Positions 10,555 to 21,331 of a stretch of DNA of 64,000 nt are shown piece by piece. Numbering within the stretch: position 1 is the first letter of the stretch; every line of letters starts with the position of its first letter. A program made the position numbers and the translations under genes. Source of the stretch: Ostreococcus lucimarinus (lineage: Eukaryota); assembly GCA_000092065.1 (NCBI GenBank), contig CP000594.1, one strand, 5' to 3'. The notes under the pieces were generated by a model. That model was not told where the DNA came from. It searched no databases and saw only the letters and a program-made list of their open reading frames with translations.

Positions 10555-11700
10555 ATGCGCGCGACGGCGGGCGCGCTGGGCGGCGCGCGCGCGCGGTGCG
10601 AGCGCGCGATCGGCGCGCGATCGGTGACGAAGACGAGAAGCGCGCGACGGGGGGGGCGCGCGACTCGCGCGGCGAGCGCGGCGGAGCTGGCGAGCGAGGA
10701 GAATAAGGACGTCAAGGTGCTCGTCGTGGGGGCGACGGGGTACATCGGGAAGTACGTGACGCGGGAGTTGTGCGCGCGCGGGTACGACGTCACGGCGTTT
10801 ACGCGGGAAAAGAGCGGCATCGGCGGAAAGACGAACGCGACGGACGCGAAGGCGTTGTTCCCGGACGCGAAGGTGAAGTTCGGCGACGTTGGAAGCAAGG
10901 AGTCGATCGAGACGAAGGCGTTCGATGAGGGCGCGTACGACGTGGTGGTGTCGTGCCTGGCGAGCCGCACGGGCGGCGTGAAGGACTCGTGGGATATCGA
11001 TTATCGCGCGACGAAGAACGTGTTGGACGTGGCGCGCGAGCGCGGGAGCAAGCACTTCGTTTTGTTGAGCGCGATTTGCGTGCAAAAGCCGACGCTGACG
11101 TTCCAAAAGGCGAAGCTTAAGTTTGAGGCTGAGTTGCAAGCGGCGGGGGATATTTCGTACACCATTGTGCGCCCGACGGCGTTTTTCAAGTCTCTCGCGG
11201 GGCAAGTCGAAGTGGTGCAAAAGGGCGGCCCATACGTCATGTTCGGCGATGGACAATTGGCTTCGTGTAAGCCGATCTCCGAGAGCGATTTGGCCAAGTT
11301 TATGGCGGATTCTATTCGCGAGCCGGAGATGTTGAACAAGGTGCTCCCCATCGGCGGCCCGGGCGAGGCGATGTCGGCGCTTCAGCAAGGCACTATGCTT
11401 TTTGAACTCCTCGAAATGGAACCAAAGTTCATCAAAGTGCCGATTGAAGTGATGGACGTCGCTATCAAGGTTCTCGATGTCTTCGCTGGCTTCTTTAGCA
11501 ACATGAAGGATGCGGCCGAGTTCGGCAAGATTGGTCGATACTACGCCGCCGAATCGATGTTAGTGATGAACGATGATGGTAAGTACGACGCCGCCGCGAC
11601 GCCGAGCTATGGCTCGGACACACTTAAGGAATTCTTCGATAAGGTGAGCAAGGAAGGTCTCGCGGGCCAAGAGCTCGGCGACCAGGCCGTTTTCAAGTAA
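10555..11700 (+). CDS. DVR: Divinyl chlorophyllide a 8-vinyl-reductase (DVR/PCB2), chloroplast precursor.
   Basis: KVLVVGATGYIGKYVTREL...VVVSCLASRTGGVKDSWDIDYRATKN...FVLLSAICVQKP...IVRPTAFFKSLAGQVE...PYVMFGDGQLASCKPISE...AAEFGKIGRYYAAESML is near-collinear with plant DVR. The likely start is ATG near 10555 (MRATAGALGG..., transit peptide); the track ORF from 9979 is low-complexity. Confidence 0.9.
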   Translation: MRATAGALGGARARCERAIGARSVTKTRSARRGGRATRAASAAELASEENKDVKVLVVGATGYIGKYVTRELCARGYDVTAFTREKSGIGGKTNATDAKALFPDAKVKFGDVGSKESIETKAFDEGAYDVVVSCLASRTGGVKDSWDIDYRATKNVLDVARERGSKHFVLLSAICVQKPTLTFQKAKLKFEAELQAAGDISYTIVRPTAFFKSLAGQVEVVQKGGPYVMFGDGQLASCKPISESDLAKFMADSIREPEMLNKVLPIGGPGEAMSALQQGTMLFELLEMEPKFIKVPIEVMDVAIKVLDVFAGFFSNMKDAAEFGKIGRYYAAESMLVMNDDGKYDAAATPSYGSDTLKEFFDKVSKEGLAGQELGDQAVFK

Positions 11701-11785
11701 ACGCTGTTTACTCGCGAAGAATTTCATTTATTTTAATGCAACGTGCGCTTTCTTTCTATTTTCCATCGTATCATCTAAGGCTACC

Positions 11786-12779
11786 CTACTTTTTCGCCGC
11801 CAGCGGTCCTAGAATGTTCAACGCTCGCTCTAACGCCTCCACCGCGGTGTTCACGTCGTCGAAACCCAACGCGCTTACCGCATTCTTTGCGTGTCGCTGC
11901 GCGTCGGCGATGCTTCCAACGTCGATCTTCGGCGGTGTGACCCCAGGCGGCGCTCGACCGCCTCGAACCACCGGCGTTTTGCTCGTAGCCTTCGATGGGG
12001 CGCCCGTGTTTACACCAGCTGGTGGTCCACTGGCCACGTGTGGCGGTGGAGGTGGCGGCGGCGGCGGTTGATGCCTCGGCGCCGGCGGCAATTCCACCTC
12101 TGGCTCCGCCGACGACGCCTCCGCCTCGACGCCTATCTCGCTTCGCTCTTCGCCCTCATCATCTACTGGCGGTGCGGTCGCATTTCGACCCTCTCTACAC
12201 GCTTTCGTTATCTCCGCCGCACGCCACTCCGCGTACCGCTGCTTGTTCTCTATATCTGCGTCCAATTTCCCGTCGGCGTCAAACTGTCGCAAAACGTTGA
12301 AGAAGATTGATGACGCGTAAAACATTTTTGCCGTGTTCATCCCTCGCGAGCCACCCCGATCGGCCCGATCGGCCTTTACGAATATTTGCAAAGCGAACGA
12401 CTCGCACTCCAGCTCATCGTGTTCCTCGTTCAGTTCGTCTTTCATCTTCGCCTTGGCGCGCTCGAGCCGTTCCATGGCGTCCGACAGCGCCTCGTTAACC
12501 TCCGCCGAGCGATAATCGAGTTTCAGCCCCTCGCGCACGGCATGCATGCGGCAGTAATACGCAATTTTCGGTTTCGCCGCGTCCAACTCCTGCGCACGCT
12601 TCAGAATCGGCGCGATGAGCTTCAACTGTTTGACGAAGCGAATCTCTCGACGTGGTCAGTCGCGAACTTTGACACGACGATTCCGCGCGTTGCGGGACGT
12701 AAACGCGCGATGACGCGTTCGAGATCATGGTGTCATGTGCGTTATAGGTCGGAACGCGGTCACGCACCTGGTCAGCCAT
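11786..12779 (-). CDS. VTA1: Vta1/LIP5 (Vps4 cofactor). Two exons: 12779 to 12768 and 12625 to 11786.
   Basis: LKLIAPILKRAQELDAAKPKIAYYCRMHAVREGLKL and FALQIFVKADRADRGGSRGMNTAKMFYASSIFFNVL match Vta1/LIP5, as does the C-terminal VSALGFDDVNTAVEALERAL. The ORF-track start at 12625 is TTG. Upstream lie ATGGCTGACCAG, a GTGCGTGA donor, a GCGACTGACC branch box and a CAAACAG acceptor (intron about 142 nt). Confidence 0.85.
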
Positions 12780-12899
12780 GGATACGCGTCGAGAACGCGA
12801 GTCGCGTTGTGAAGGTGCCTCTCGAGTCGAACGCGTGGAGCGCGGAACGGATCATTCGAGCCGAAGCTTCGTGCGCGCTAGTACTACTGTAGGACTAAA

Positions 12900-14234
12900 T
12901 CACCGCTTGCGTAAGCGATGGACTATGTGTGCTATGGACGCATCGTCGGTGGCGTTCGAAGCGAGAGCTTCGCTCGTGGCGCATTTGCAAATACGCCGAT
13001 ATTCATCCTTCGTGACGTCTCCGGCGGCGTAGAGCGGACGCAAGACGGCTTTGACGCGATCGGCGATGGCGAATTTGAGTGATTTATCCGGTGATGATGC
13101 GGCGGGCAGTGGCCGAGAGGTGTGAGAGTGCGACGGTGCGGCCCGTTGCGGAACGGGCGTCGCTCGCGCCGTCTCCTCGCGCGGTTTCCACGCCGTAGCC
13201 GACATGCTCCAACCGGGAGGCTCGCTTCGAATGGATGGACGTTTGAGTTTCGGTGCACTGGTGCTAGCGACTGCGTTTGATGCTTTGTCCGATGTTGACG
13301 CCCGCTTCTTTTTCTTGTCGTCTGCGTGCATCGCCTTTTCAAGAACGTCCCACGCTTCGTCCACGACGTCCTTCGGTCCGTCTTCATCCGTGTTCGATCC
13401 TACCCGACGCGGTGCCGACGGCACCGACGAGCGAGGCGACGAAGGTGTGTTTTGTATCCGCGTCCAGCCCGGAAACTCGACTTCCCCGCTTTGTAACATT
13501 TCCCAGGCTTCTCTCAGTACGTGAACTCTCGAAATCTGCTCAACTCGAGCGTCGTCGCCGCCGCCCGAGCGACTGCGCATCACCGATCGCTCGCCGCCGC
13601 CCCCGCGTCGACGTATTTCCCCACGTTGACGCGCTCTCACCGCGCGACGCGCGCGATCCGCCCTGCGCTCTCTCGTCCGCACGGCTTCGACGCCGCCATC
13701 CGACCGTAACAAAATGTCCCGAGCGCGCGACTCCGCCTCGGCTCGTCGTCGGCGTCGACTCGACCCACCATCGCGCGCTCCCGCGAACTCTCCCTCCATT
13801 CCTCGGCATAGTTCGCAAAACCATCTTCCACGCGGCACGGACTCGAGTCCGACGCAAAACGTGTGCGCCCCGATGTCGCACGCGTCGCACAGCAACAGCG
13901 ACGCCTCGTCGTCGCCGCGTCGGCACACGTCGCAAAAGTACCGCTCCGCCTCGTCCTCCGATTCTTCCTCCGCCTCGTCCGGGCGTTCGTCGCCTTGATT
14001 CGTCTCTCGAAACTCCATCACCGGCCCCGCGCGCGCGCTCGTCGACGCGTCCTCGGGCGTCATCTTTGTGAACCTTTCCTTGCACAGGGGACATTTCGTC
14101 TCAATCGAAGCCCAGCGCACGATGCACGGGACGCAGAAGAGATGACAGCACGAGTCTAACCTCCCTCTTTGCTCGGGGATGGCCAAACAGACAGCGCACA
14201 CGTCGGCAGCGGGCAGCGCGGGTGCCGGCGTCAT
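12900..14234 (-). CDS. RING plus PHD finger protein (PHRF1-like).
   Basis: RING: CAVCLAIPEQRGRLDSCCHLFCVPCIVRWASIETKCPLC. PHD: YFCDVCRRGDDEASLLLCDACDIGAHTFCVGL...WFCELC. ATG at 14234. Confidence 0.75.
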   Translation of the reverse strand: MTPAPALPAADVCAVCLAIPEQRGRLDSCCHLFCVPCIVRWASIETKCPLCKERFTKMTPEDASTSARAGPVMEFRETNQGDERPDEAEEESEDEAERYFCDVCRRGDDEASLLLCDACDIGAHTFCVGLESVPRGRWFCELCRGMEGEFAGARDGGSSRRRRRAEAESRARDILLRSDGGVEAVRTRERRADRARRAVRARQRGEIRRRGGGGERSVMRSRSGGGDDARVEQISRVHVLREAWEMLQSGEVEFPGWTRIQNTPSSPRSSVPSAPRRVGSNTDEDGPKDVVDEAWDVLEKAMHADDKKKKRASTSDKASNAVASTSAPKLKRPSIRSEPPGWSMSATAWKPREETARATPVPQRAAPSHSHTSRPLPAASSPDKSLKFAIADRVKAVLRPLYAAGDVTKDEYRRICKCATSEALASNATDDASIAHIVHRLRKR

Positions 14235-14295
14235 CTCGACGCCGGCGAGCGGGACGGAGAGTGCGGCGCGACGAAACAGTTACACTATCGGTACT

Positions 14296-15453
14296 CTACG
14301 CGTGACGAAACGAATCGATCGCGGGTTGCGTGCGTAAGGCATAAACGTGACCACTTTCGGCCCAGCCCGCGAGGACGTCGCCGCGGCCGCACGCGGTCTT
14401 GCAGGAGTGCAATCCCATCCAACGCGTGTCGGCTCGAAAGGAAAATCCGCCGTCGGATTTTTGCGTTCGCCAACTGCCACACATGCACTCGTAATCTAAC
14501 CCGGCCACGTACGCAAATCCTGGGCTCGATGTGCTGAGTTCGAGCTGGGTGATGTCGAACTTGGCGGCGTTTCTCCAGCGTTCCATGGCGCCCCATTTGC
14601 GGATGTCGAGGACGTGCACGACGCGCTCCGCTCCGCCACACGCGATGACGGATTCCAATCCCGGCGTTCGAGACGTCGACACCGCGTACAGCGGCTTATT
14701 ATACCCTAATGATATTCTATTTGCGCACCCACCCCTTTCGGCGATTCGATCGTCGTACACCGCGAGCTGATGTCCCTCAGCGACGACGAAGACGTTGCCT
14801 CCGTTCCCAACCGCGGTGAGCTCTATATCGTACGGCGCTAATAACGTGCGAATCCGTCGCACGCGTCGATCACCGTCGTACAAATCCACCACACGCTGTG
14901 AACTCTTTGCGACGTATATCTTACCGTCTTCGCCTCCTCCCGTGACGGCGCCGCACCATCCGCCGACGCCCTCGACGTCGTTCGCGCCCACCGCCGCGAG
15001 CCGCGAGCCGTCGCCGAATTTCCCTCCCCCGCCCACATCGCGCGTCATCACGTCCACGACACCGTAATTATCCACCATCAACAGTTTTCTTGCGTCCTCG
15101 CTCAACGAAATCGATTGAATCTCCCGTTTTGTCGACGACGATTCCAGCCGTCGCCGTCGCGCCGCCGTCTCGCTCACCGCCGTCGGTCTCAGCGCGTTTT
15201 CCTTACCTCTATCGACGTTCGAGTCGCTCAAGTTGATCTCACACGCGAGAACATCGCATCCCGAAGCTATGATCACGTCGTACGTCTCTTCATCGCTCGC
15301 GCGCGCGTTGTACACGCACGCTCTCGACGCGTGATGTTCACCAGGGCTCGGGTGACTCGGTGACGGAAAAACGACGCGCGCGTGCGCGAACGCGCGAACT
15401 TCTAACGCTGATGGACCGTGCGCTATGGATTTGGGTAAGTTAGCGGGCGCCAT
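14296..15453 (-). CDS. WD40/beta-propeller-like protein of unknown function.
   Basis: Continuous ORF. The likely ATG is near 15453 (MAPANLPKSIAH); the track start at 15663 is GTG and overlaps KAS III. There is no strong family match. Confidence 0.55.
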   Translation of the reverse strand: MAPANLPKSIAHGPSALEVRAFAHARVVFPSPSHPSPGEHHASRACVYNARASDEETYDVIIASGCDVLACEINLSDSNVDRGKENALRPTAVSETAARRRRLESSSTKREIQSISLSEDARKLLMVDNYGVVDVMTRDVGGGGKFGDGSRLAAVGANDVEGVGGWCGAVTGGGEDGKIYVAKSSQRVVDLYDGDRRVRRIRTLLAPYDIELTAVGNGGNVFVVAEGHQLAVYDDRIAERGGCANRISLGYNKPLYAVSTSRTPGLESVIACGGAERVVHVLDIRKWGAMERWRNAAKFDITQLELSTSSPGFAYVAGLDYECMCGSWRTQKSDGGFSFRADTRWMGLHSCKTACGRGDVLAGWAESGHVYALRTQPAIDSFRHA

Positions 15454-15548
15454 GCCGCGAGGGCGCGCGCGAGGCGACGCGCGAAGGTGTGCGGCGCCGC
15501 GCGCAGGCTCGGGACAGCGGGACGACGCGCTTCGGTGAGAAGAAGAAT

Positions 15549-15553
15549 TTACA
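15549..15553 (-). promoter_or_regulatory. Putative TGTAA poly(A) signal for KAS III (minus strand).
   Basis: The minus strand reads ...taaatagtgtaaattc... just 3' of stop 15561. Confidence 0.35.
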
Positions 15554-15560
15554 CTATTTA

Positions 15561-16679
15561 TTAGAACTTCCAAATCGCGCTTGCCCACGTGAGACCGGCG
15601 CCGAACCCCGCGAAGGCGATAATGTCGTCCTCCTTGATCGCGCCGCTCTCGACGGCTTCGCACAAGGCGATCGGAACGGAGCCTGCAGAGGTGTTGCCGT
15701 ACTCGGCGATGTTACTAACTACCTTGTCTTCGCTCAAACCAAACCTTTGCGCCGCGCTGTCTATGATACGCTGGTTGGCTTGGTGCAAGACTAACTTATC
15801 GATGTCTTCGGCGGTCATGCTGGCCGCCGCGAGCGACTTGTTCACCGTCATCGGCACCGTGCGCACGGCGAATTTGAAGACGTCTTGACCGCTCATGGAG
15901 ATGTTGCAAAACGCCGCCGTTTTCGACGCACCATCGCTCATCGGCTTACCGTTATCACCAATATACTGTGCTACCAGATGATGATTTTGGCTTCCGTCTG
16001 AGTGCATGTCGAACCCTTTTAACGAACAATTCGCCGCATCCGTTGCCGTTAACACCGCCGCTCCGGCGCCGTCGCCGAAGAGAATGCACGTCCCTCGATC
16101 GCGCCAATCCACGTATCGGCTCAACACATCGCCTCCGATCACCAGTACATTCTTATAGCCCCCCGCTCGAATAAATTGCGCGCCATTCACCAACCCAATA
16201 ACGAATCCACTGCACGCCGCCGTCAAATCAAACGCCAACGCATTTTTTGCCCCAATCGCCGCCTGAATCGTGCACGCGCTTCCGAATATATCATCCGGGC
16301 TCGACGTGGCCAAAATGATCAAATCCAAATCCTCAGCTTTCACATTCGCTCTTTCAAGCGCTTGTTTCGCCGCGTGCGCCCCCAGGCTCGTCAGCGTTTC
16401 ATCCCCCGTAATCACGTGTCGCTTGCGAATGCCCGTGCGCGTCGCAATCCACTCGTCGTTCGTCTCCACGAGTTCGCTCAGATCGTCGTTCGTCAGGAAT
16501 TTCTCCGGTATCGCCTTACCGACGCCCGAGATCTTCGCCCCCGCGACGTCGAACGCGCGCGCCACGCACAGACCGCGCGGCGTTCGTTTCGCCGCGTTCG
16601 CTTTCGTCGTTTCGCTTCGACCTCGCGGCGCGCGCGACCGCGACGGCGCGCGCGCGACGGCGGACGCGAGAGACAGCAT
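15561..16679 (-). CDS. KASIII: 3-oxoacyl-ACP synthase III (KAS III/FabH), plastid precursor.
   Basis: AIPEKFLTNDDLSELVETNDEWIATRTGIRKRHV...ACSGFVIGL...HQANQRIID...GNTSAGSVPIAL are FabH active-site and family motifs. ATG at 16679. Confidence 0.9.
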   Translation of the reverse strand: MLSLASAVARAPSRSRAPRGRSETTKANAAKRTPRGLCVARAFDVAGAKISGVGKAIPEKFLTNDDLSELVETNDEWIATRTGIRKRHVITGDETLTSLGAHAAKQALERANVKAEDLDLIILATSSPDDIFGSACTIQAAIGAKNALAFDLTAACSGFVIGLVNGAQFIRAGGYKNVLVIGGDVLSRYVDWRDRGTCILFGDGAGAAVLTATDAANCSLKGFDMHSDGSQNHHLVAQYIGDNGKPMSDGASKTAAFCNISMSGQDVFKFAVRTVPMTVNKSLAAASMTAEDIDKLVLHQANQRIIDSAAQRFGLSEDKVVSNIAEYGNTSAGSVPIALCEAVESGAIKEDDIIAFAGFGAGLTWASAIWKF

Positions 16680-16954
16680 GACGCGACGTACGCTCGCGCA
16701 GGTACGTGCGCGCGGTCACGCGAACGCCTTGACGCCGACGGACGCCCAGACGCCGACGGACGCGCGCGTCCAAGACTGCCGATCGACCACTGGACCAAGG
16801 TTATCCAAAAGCTGTACACGCGAAGGCTTTGACGCGGGACGCGAGAGGCGAGCGGGACGAGACCGCGAGGCGAGACCGCGAAAACGCAGAGATATCTGAG
16901 ATGCACTAGGAATGACTAGGCTAAAATGACTATCGCGATGAATGCGTGCCGAGT

Positions 16955-18028
16955 TCAGGAGCGAGACGCGCGACGCGCCTTGTCGACGGCGTATTCGGCG
17001 ACGCGGAGCGCGTCCTTGGCTTGGATGTTTTTGGGATCTACGCTGAGCGTGCGCTCGAACGCGAGGACGGCGTCGGTGAATCGTTTTAAGGCGTGCAACG
17101 CGAGACCGCGGCGGAAGTGGGCCTTGACGTAGTCGGGTTTCACCGAAAGAGCGGCGTCGGCGTCGGCGAGGGCTTTATCGTGCTCGCCGAGCTTTAAAAA
17201 GCACTGCGCGCGGTTGCACAGAGCCACGACGTGCGATGCGTCGAGGTCTAGGGCTTCGGTGTAGTGCAACACGGCTTGAGAATAATTACCATCCTTGAAA
17301 GCGGCGTTGCCTTTGTCTTTGCGCAGCTCCGCGCGCGCCGGAGCGGTGTCCAAATGTTCCGCCGCGAGCGCGTCGCCGAGCGAATCGCGAAGTTCGCGTT
17401 CCGTCGTCGGGTACTCATCTTTCCCACGAATCAACCGCTCGGTGAGCAAATCTCCATCTATCACTCGCGTGATGAACTGTGGAATCTCTCTGTGATCACC
17501 GGGCGCTAAATCTTCCGAATCGAGCCTTTGAGCGTCGCTTCCGAAATCGCCAAACGCCACGTCGACGCCGACGCTCGTGGCGAATACCACCGCTCCCATG
17601 AACGCCCGTACCGCGTATTTCAACCGCACACCGCGACACTGATCGATTTGAGTCGTCCCGAGCGCGCTCTCGTACCTCACCTCACACCGCACGCAGTCCC
17701 AAATCTCCAAGTGTTCGCTCAGCACGCGTCCCGCCACGACGATTTCGCACCCCTCGCACCGCTCCACGAACACCTTTGCGCACTCCACGCTCGCATCGAT
17801 CGTCACGCGGCTGTCTTTACACCCCGCGACGTGAATCGCGCGTTTTGCATCGCAGTCCGACGCTCGCACGCGCGCGTGCGATCCATCCACGACGTCACCG
17901 ACGACGAGACGCGACGCTTTCTCTCGCGCCAAAGCGCGCGCGATGGCGATCGTTTCCGTCGTTTTATCGCCGTTCGCGGGCGCGTTCGAGCGCGTTTCGG
18001 CGTCGTTCGCGGGCGCGGCGTCCGGCAT
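16955..18028 (-). CDS. TBCC/C-CAP beta-helix domain protein with C-terminal TPR repeats.
   Basis: Beta-helix repeats (CEGCEIVVAGRV..., VECAKVFVERC) and TPR repeats (AAFKDGNYSQAVLHYTEALDLD...CNRAQCFLKLGEHDKALADADAALSV). ATG at 18028. Confidence 0.65.
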   Translation of the reverse strand: MPDAAPANDAETRSNAPANGDKTTETIAIARALAREKASRLVVGDVVDGSHARVRASDCDAKRAIHVAGCKDSRVTIDASVECAKVFVERCEGCEIVVAGRVLSEHLEIWDCVRCEVRYESALGTTQIDQCRGVRLKYAVRAFMGAVVFATSVGVDVAFGDFGSDAQRLDSEDLAPGDHREIPQFITRVIDGDLLTERLIRGKDEYPTTERELRDSLGDALAAEHLDTAPARAELRKDKGNAAFKDGNYSQAVLHYTEALDLDASHVVALCNRAQCFLKLGEHDKALADADAALSVKPDYVKAHFRRGLALHALKRFTDAVLAFERTLSVDPKNIQAKDALRVAEYAVDKARRASRS

Positions 18029-18299
18029 GTCGTCGCTGCGCCGTCGACGCGACGGCTCGACGCGTCGACGCGTCGCGAGGTGACGCCGACGATCGTTCGG
18101 TCCGTCGATCGACGTCGCGCTTCACCGTCAGTCGAGACACGCCGACGCGCGACGACGCCGACGACGCCGACGACGCGCCCGCGAACGCTCGATCGTCGCG
18201 GAGGGAGAATTTGCGGAGAAGAATCGGCGCGCGCCGTCGGAGAGCGACGACGCGCGATCGCGAGCGACGCGGCGCGCCGACCGAGACGACACGAGACTG

Positions 18300-18848
18300 G
18301 TGATATCAACCGACATGAGCGACCCCGCGCCGAGGCCGACGACGACGACGACGACGACGACGACGTTCGTGAAGCTTCAACAGACGGTGGACGAGCTCGA
18401 ACGCGAACTTGAGACCGCAGAGAGTCGATTAAAAACGCGCCGGAGCGATATCGTCACGCTCGAGGAGAATTTGGACGCGGAGCGCGCGCTCGCGAAGCGC
18501 CTCAGAGGCGAGTTTGCCGACGTCTTGGCGGAGATTGCGACCACTAAGGCGGCTTTGATGAAGTCGAACTTCGAAATCGAGGATGTGTTGCGCGAGATCG
18601 AACCGCATCGCCGACACTCGATCGGTGAACCATCGCCAGGGGCGCCAGAGACGATCGAAGAAACCGACGCCGAGGCGCCGGATCCCGAGCGGCGCGCCGC
18701 CTCGCGACGCGCCGCGCGGCTCGCGGCGTGCGAAGAAGGCTTCGAGCGCGAAAAGGCGCGCACCGCGGACTTTTTGAAGTCACTTCGCGCGTACGAGAAT
18801 CGTCTCCAGGCTGAGCGTCGACGCGACGCGCTTCAGCGCGCTCGTTGA
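18300..18848 (+). CDS. Hypothetical coiled-coil protein with an N-terminal poly-Thr run.
   Basis: ORF with heptad-like QQTVDELERELETAESRLKTRRSDIVTLEENLDAERALAKRL; the first ATG is near 18315. Confidence 0.45.
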   Translation: MISTDMSDPAPRPTTTTTTTTTFVKLQQTVDELERELETAESRLKTRRSDIVTLEENLDAERALAKRLRGEFADVLAEIATTKAALMKSNFEIEDVLREIEPHRRHSIGEPSPGAPETIEETDAEAPDPERRAASRRAARLAACEEGFEREKARTADFLKSLRAYENRLQAERRRDALQRAR

Positions 18849-19147
18849 CGCGCTCGTCGTCGCGCGAGAGGTCCCGAGCCCTCCGTCACCGTGCAATCAC
18901 TCCTCACATTTCGCCGCGCAATAACTCCGCGCGTCGCTCGAGTGTCGTCACGCGTCGCGCGCGCTAGTGCACCGCAGTCGGTCGTTCATCGCGGTCGTCG
19001 ATCGCGCGCGTCGCGATCGAGCGCATCGCGCGCGTCGTCATCGTTTGATCGAACGCGTTCGGGCCCTCGATCGAACTCTCGACTCTCGCCGCGCGCGCGT
19101 GACGGCTCCGCGGCCGGCTGCCGACGCGACGAGCGGGCAAACGCGCG

Positions 19148-20671
19148 ATGTCGTGTTGGTGCTGCTTTAAGGGCGCGCGAAAGCTCGATGTCGCGAGTTG
19201 GCGCGCGCGGTTTCAACCCGGGGAGGATGACATGTGGTTCGACGCGCGCGAAGAGTTACACTACGGCGACGAGGATGATGGCCTGGATGATTTGACGGAT
19301 GAGAATATCTCCATTGAAGCGAACAGTGAGTTCCCGTTCACGCTTGGCAAGGTTTGGGAACAGGAGGAACATCAGAGCTACGTGGCGACGGCGATTCGGG
19401 AGATGAAGGGCAAGGTGCGACACGTGTTGCGAAAACAACACGAGGAGGCGGTGAGACAGGCTGAGGAAGAGGCGGCAGAGTTGGAACGATTGGGTTTGAT
19501 GACGGCGGAGAAGCGAGCGATGCATGAACGCATGACTTCGGGTCAAGGTACGCAAGAGCTGGTGGGAATGACGAAGCACTTGAAGGTTGGTCAAGACTTG
19601 ACGGATATCGAACTGCCGCCGACGTTCTTCGTGCCGTTTAGTACGATTCAAGTCGCGGAGGACGTCGTGTACGTGATCGAAGGCTGCAACAATGATTGGA
19701 GCGACTTAAAGCATCCCGATCCCGAGCGTCGGATCGCACGTTTGGTGAAGTTGTACCTAGACATGAGCGCCATTCGAACGGAGCACGGCTCGAGCGCTGG
19801 GGTCAAGTCAGCGTACACGTTTGGAGCCATGAAGAAGCCTTTGAATCCGATTTTAGGCGAAACACATCGAATTAAAAGTGGCAACACTGAGTATTTAGCC
19901 GAACAGGTGTGTCATCACCCTCCCATCACGACGTGGGACTTGAGAAATGAAGAAATTGGTTTGCACCTGTCGGCTGACGTCAAGGCGAAACCCGTCTTCC
20001 GAGGAACATCGGTGCAAGTGCTCATCGATGGCGAGATGCGATTCGAAAATTTACACACGGGTGAAAAGTACGTCATGGATATGCCTTCGTTATTTATTCG
20101 ATTTTTTGGACTGAGCGGGAGCTATTCCGAAACGGTGGGTCACATCACACTCAGGCGCGTCAGCGAGGGTCCGCCTTTGTGCGCGGAGTTACACTTCAAA
20201 CCGCGAGGCACGACTGGCTTGCGCAGCCATGCGAATAAGGTTGAGGGATCGATTAGCTCTGAGACCACCACATTCATGCACTTCAAGGGTAAATTCAACG
20301 ACGCCGTGGACGAGGTCACAGAGAAGAGGGAGTTTGTGCGACCGTTTTGGCGTCCTGCACCTCCAAAATCGTCCAAAGCACCGAGAGCGGTGACGCGCCC
20401 GCTCAACGGATTCACAGACAGTCACTGTCTTTGGGGAGAGTTTTTCCAAGCTCTCATTGCCAAGGACATGAAAACTGCGAGCAAGGCGAAAAAGAAAGCT
20501 GAGCGTGGGCAGCGCAGCCTTCACAAAGCGATGAAAACCGGCGAACTCCCGCCGTGGGAGCCGACGATGTTCGCCACCGAGGACGGCGAGCGGTGGCTGC
20601 TGAAGCCCAATTTCAACCCCAGCGTGCAGCCGTCGTGGTTGAAGTACATTGGCTATAGAATTTATGAATAG
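19148..20671 (+). CDS. Oxysterol-binding protein-related protein (ORD domain).
   Basis: OSBP fingerprint EQVCHHPPITTW, followed by an ORD-like sequence. Confidence 0.8.
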   Translation: MSCWCCFKGARKLDVASWRARFQPGEDDMWFDAREELHYGDEDDGLDDLTDENISIEANSEFPFTLGKVWEQEEHQSYVATAIREMKGKVRHVLRKQHEEAVRQAEEEAAELERLGLMTAEKRAMHERMTSGQGTQELVGMTKHLKVGQDLTDIELPPTFFVPFSTIQVAEDVVYVIEGCNNDWSDLKHPDPERRIARLVKLYLDMSAIRTEHGSSAGVKSAYTFGAMKKPLNPILGETHRIKSGNTEYLAEQVCHHPPITTWDLRNEEIGLHLSADVKAKPVFRGTSVQVLIDGEMRFENLHTGEKYVMDMPSLFIRFFGLSGSYSETVGHITLRRVSEGPPLCAELHFKPRGTTGLRSHANKVEGSISSETTTFMHFKGKFNDAVDEVTEKREFVRPFWRPAPPKSSKAPRAVTRPLNGFTDSHCLWGEFFQALIAKDMKTASKAKKKAERGQRSLHKAMKTGELPPWEPTMFATEDGERWLLKPNFNPSVQPSWLKYIGYRIYE

Positions 20672-20776
20672 TAGAAGACCGCGCCAGAGCGCGCGCGTAG
20701 ACTTGTGAAATAGAAAATTTGTTGCATTTCTTCCGCTACGTCACTTCGCCCCTCGCCGCCGCTCCGCGTCACGGTC

Positions 20777-21331
20777 ATGCACGCGAGCGCTCGAAGAACC
20801 GCCCTCCGCGCCCTCGCGCGCGGTGTATCCTCCAGCGCCTCCACCAACGCCTGCGCGACGCGCACGAACGCGACGGCGTTCCTCGCGAGTCGCGCGTCGA
20901 CGTCCCCATCCCTCCCCGCGCGCGTTCGCGCCGCCTCGCGCGCGCGACGCGCGTTCGCGTCCGACACGCACGATGATTTCAAACCCAAGGTTGCCGATGC
21001 CTCGAACGAGGACGTCGAACGCGCGATCGAAAGCGACGTGCAAACGAACGCGGTGCTGATTTACATGAAGGGGTCGCCGAGCGCGCCGCAGTGCGGGTTC
21101 TCGAACATGGCGTGCCGCATCCTCGATCATCACGGCGTGGAGTACGCGTCGAGAAACGTGCTCGCGAGCGAGGAATTGAGAAATGGTATCAAGGCGTACT
21201 CGGCGTGGCCGACGATCCCGCAATTGTACGTCAAGGGAGAATTCGTCGGGGGCTCGGACATCATGATGTCGATGCACCAGAGCGGCGAGCTCGCGGAGTT
21301 GTTCAAGGACGTCGCCAAGCGCGCGGATTGA
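20777..21331 (+). CDS. Monothiol glutaredoxin (CGFS type, Grx5/GRXS14-15-like) with an organellar presequence.
   Basis: VLIYMKGSPSAPQCGFSNMACRILDHHGVEY...WPTIPQLYVKGEFVGGSDI. Confidence 0.85.
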   Translation: MHASARRTALRALARGVSSSASTNACATRTNATAFLASRASTSPSLPARVRAASRARRAFASDTHDDFKPKVADASNEDVERAIESDVQTNAVLIYMKGSPSAPQCGFSNMACRILDHHGVEYASRNVLASEELRNGIKAYSAWPTIPQLYVKGEFVGGSDIMMSMHQSGELAELFKDVAKRAD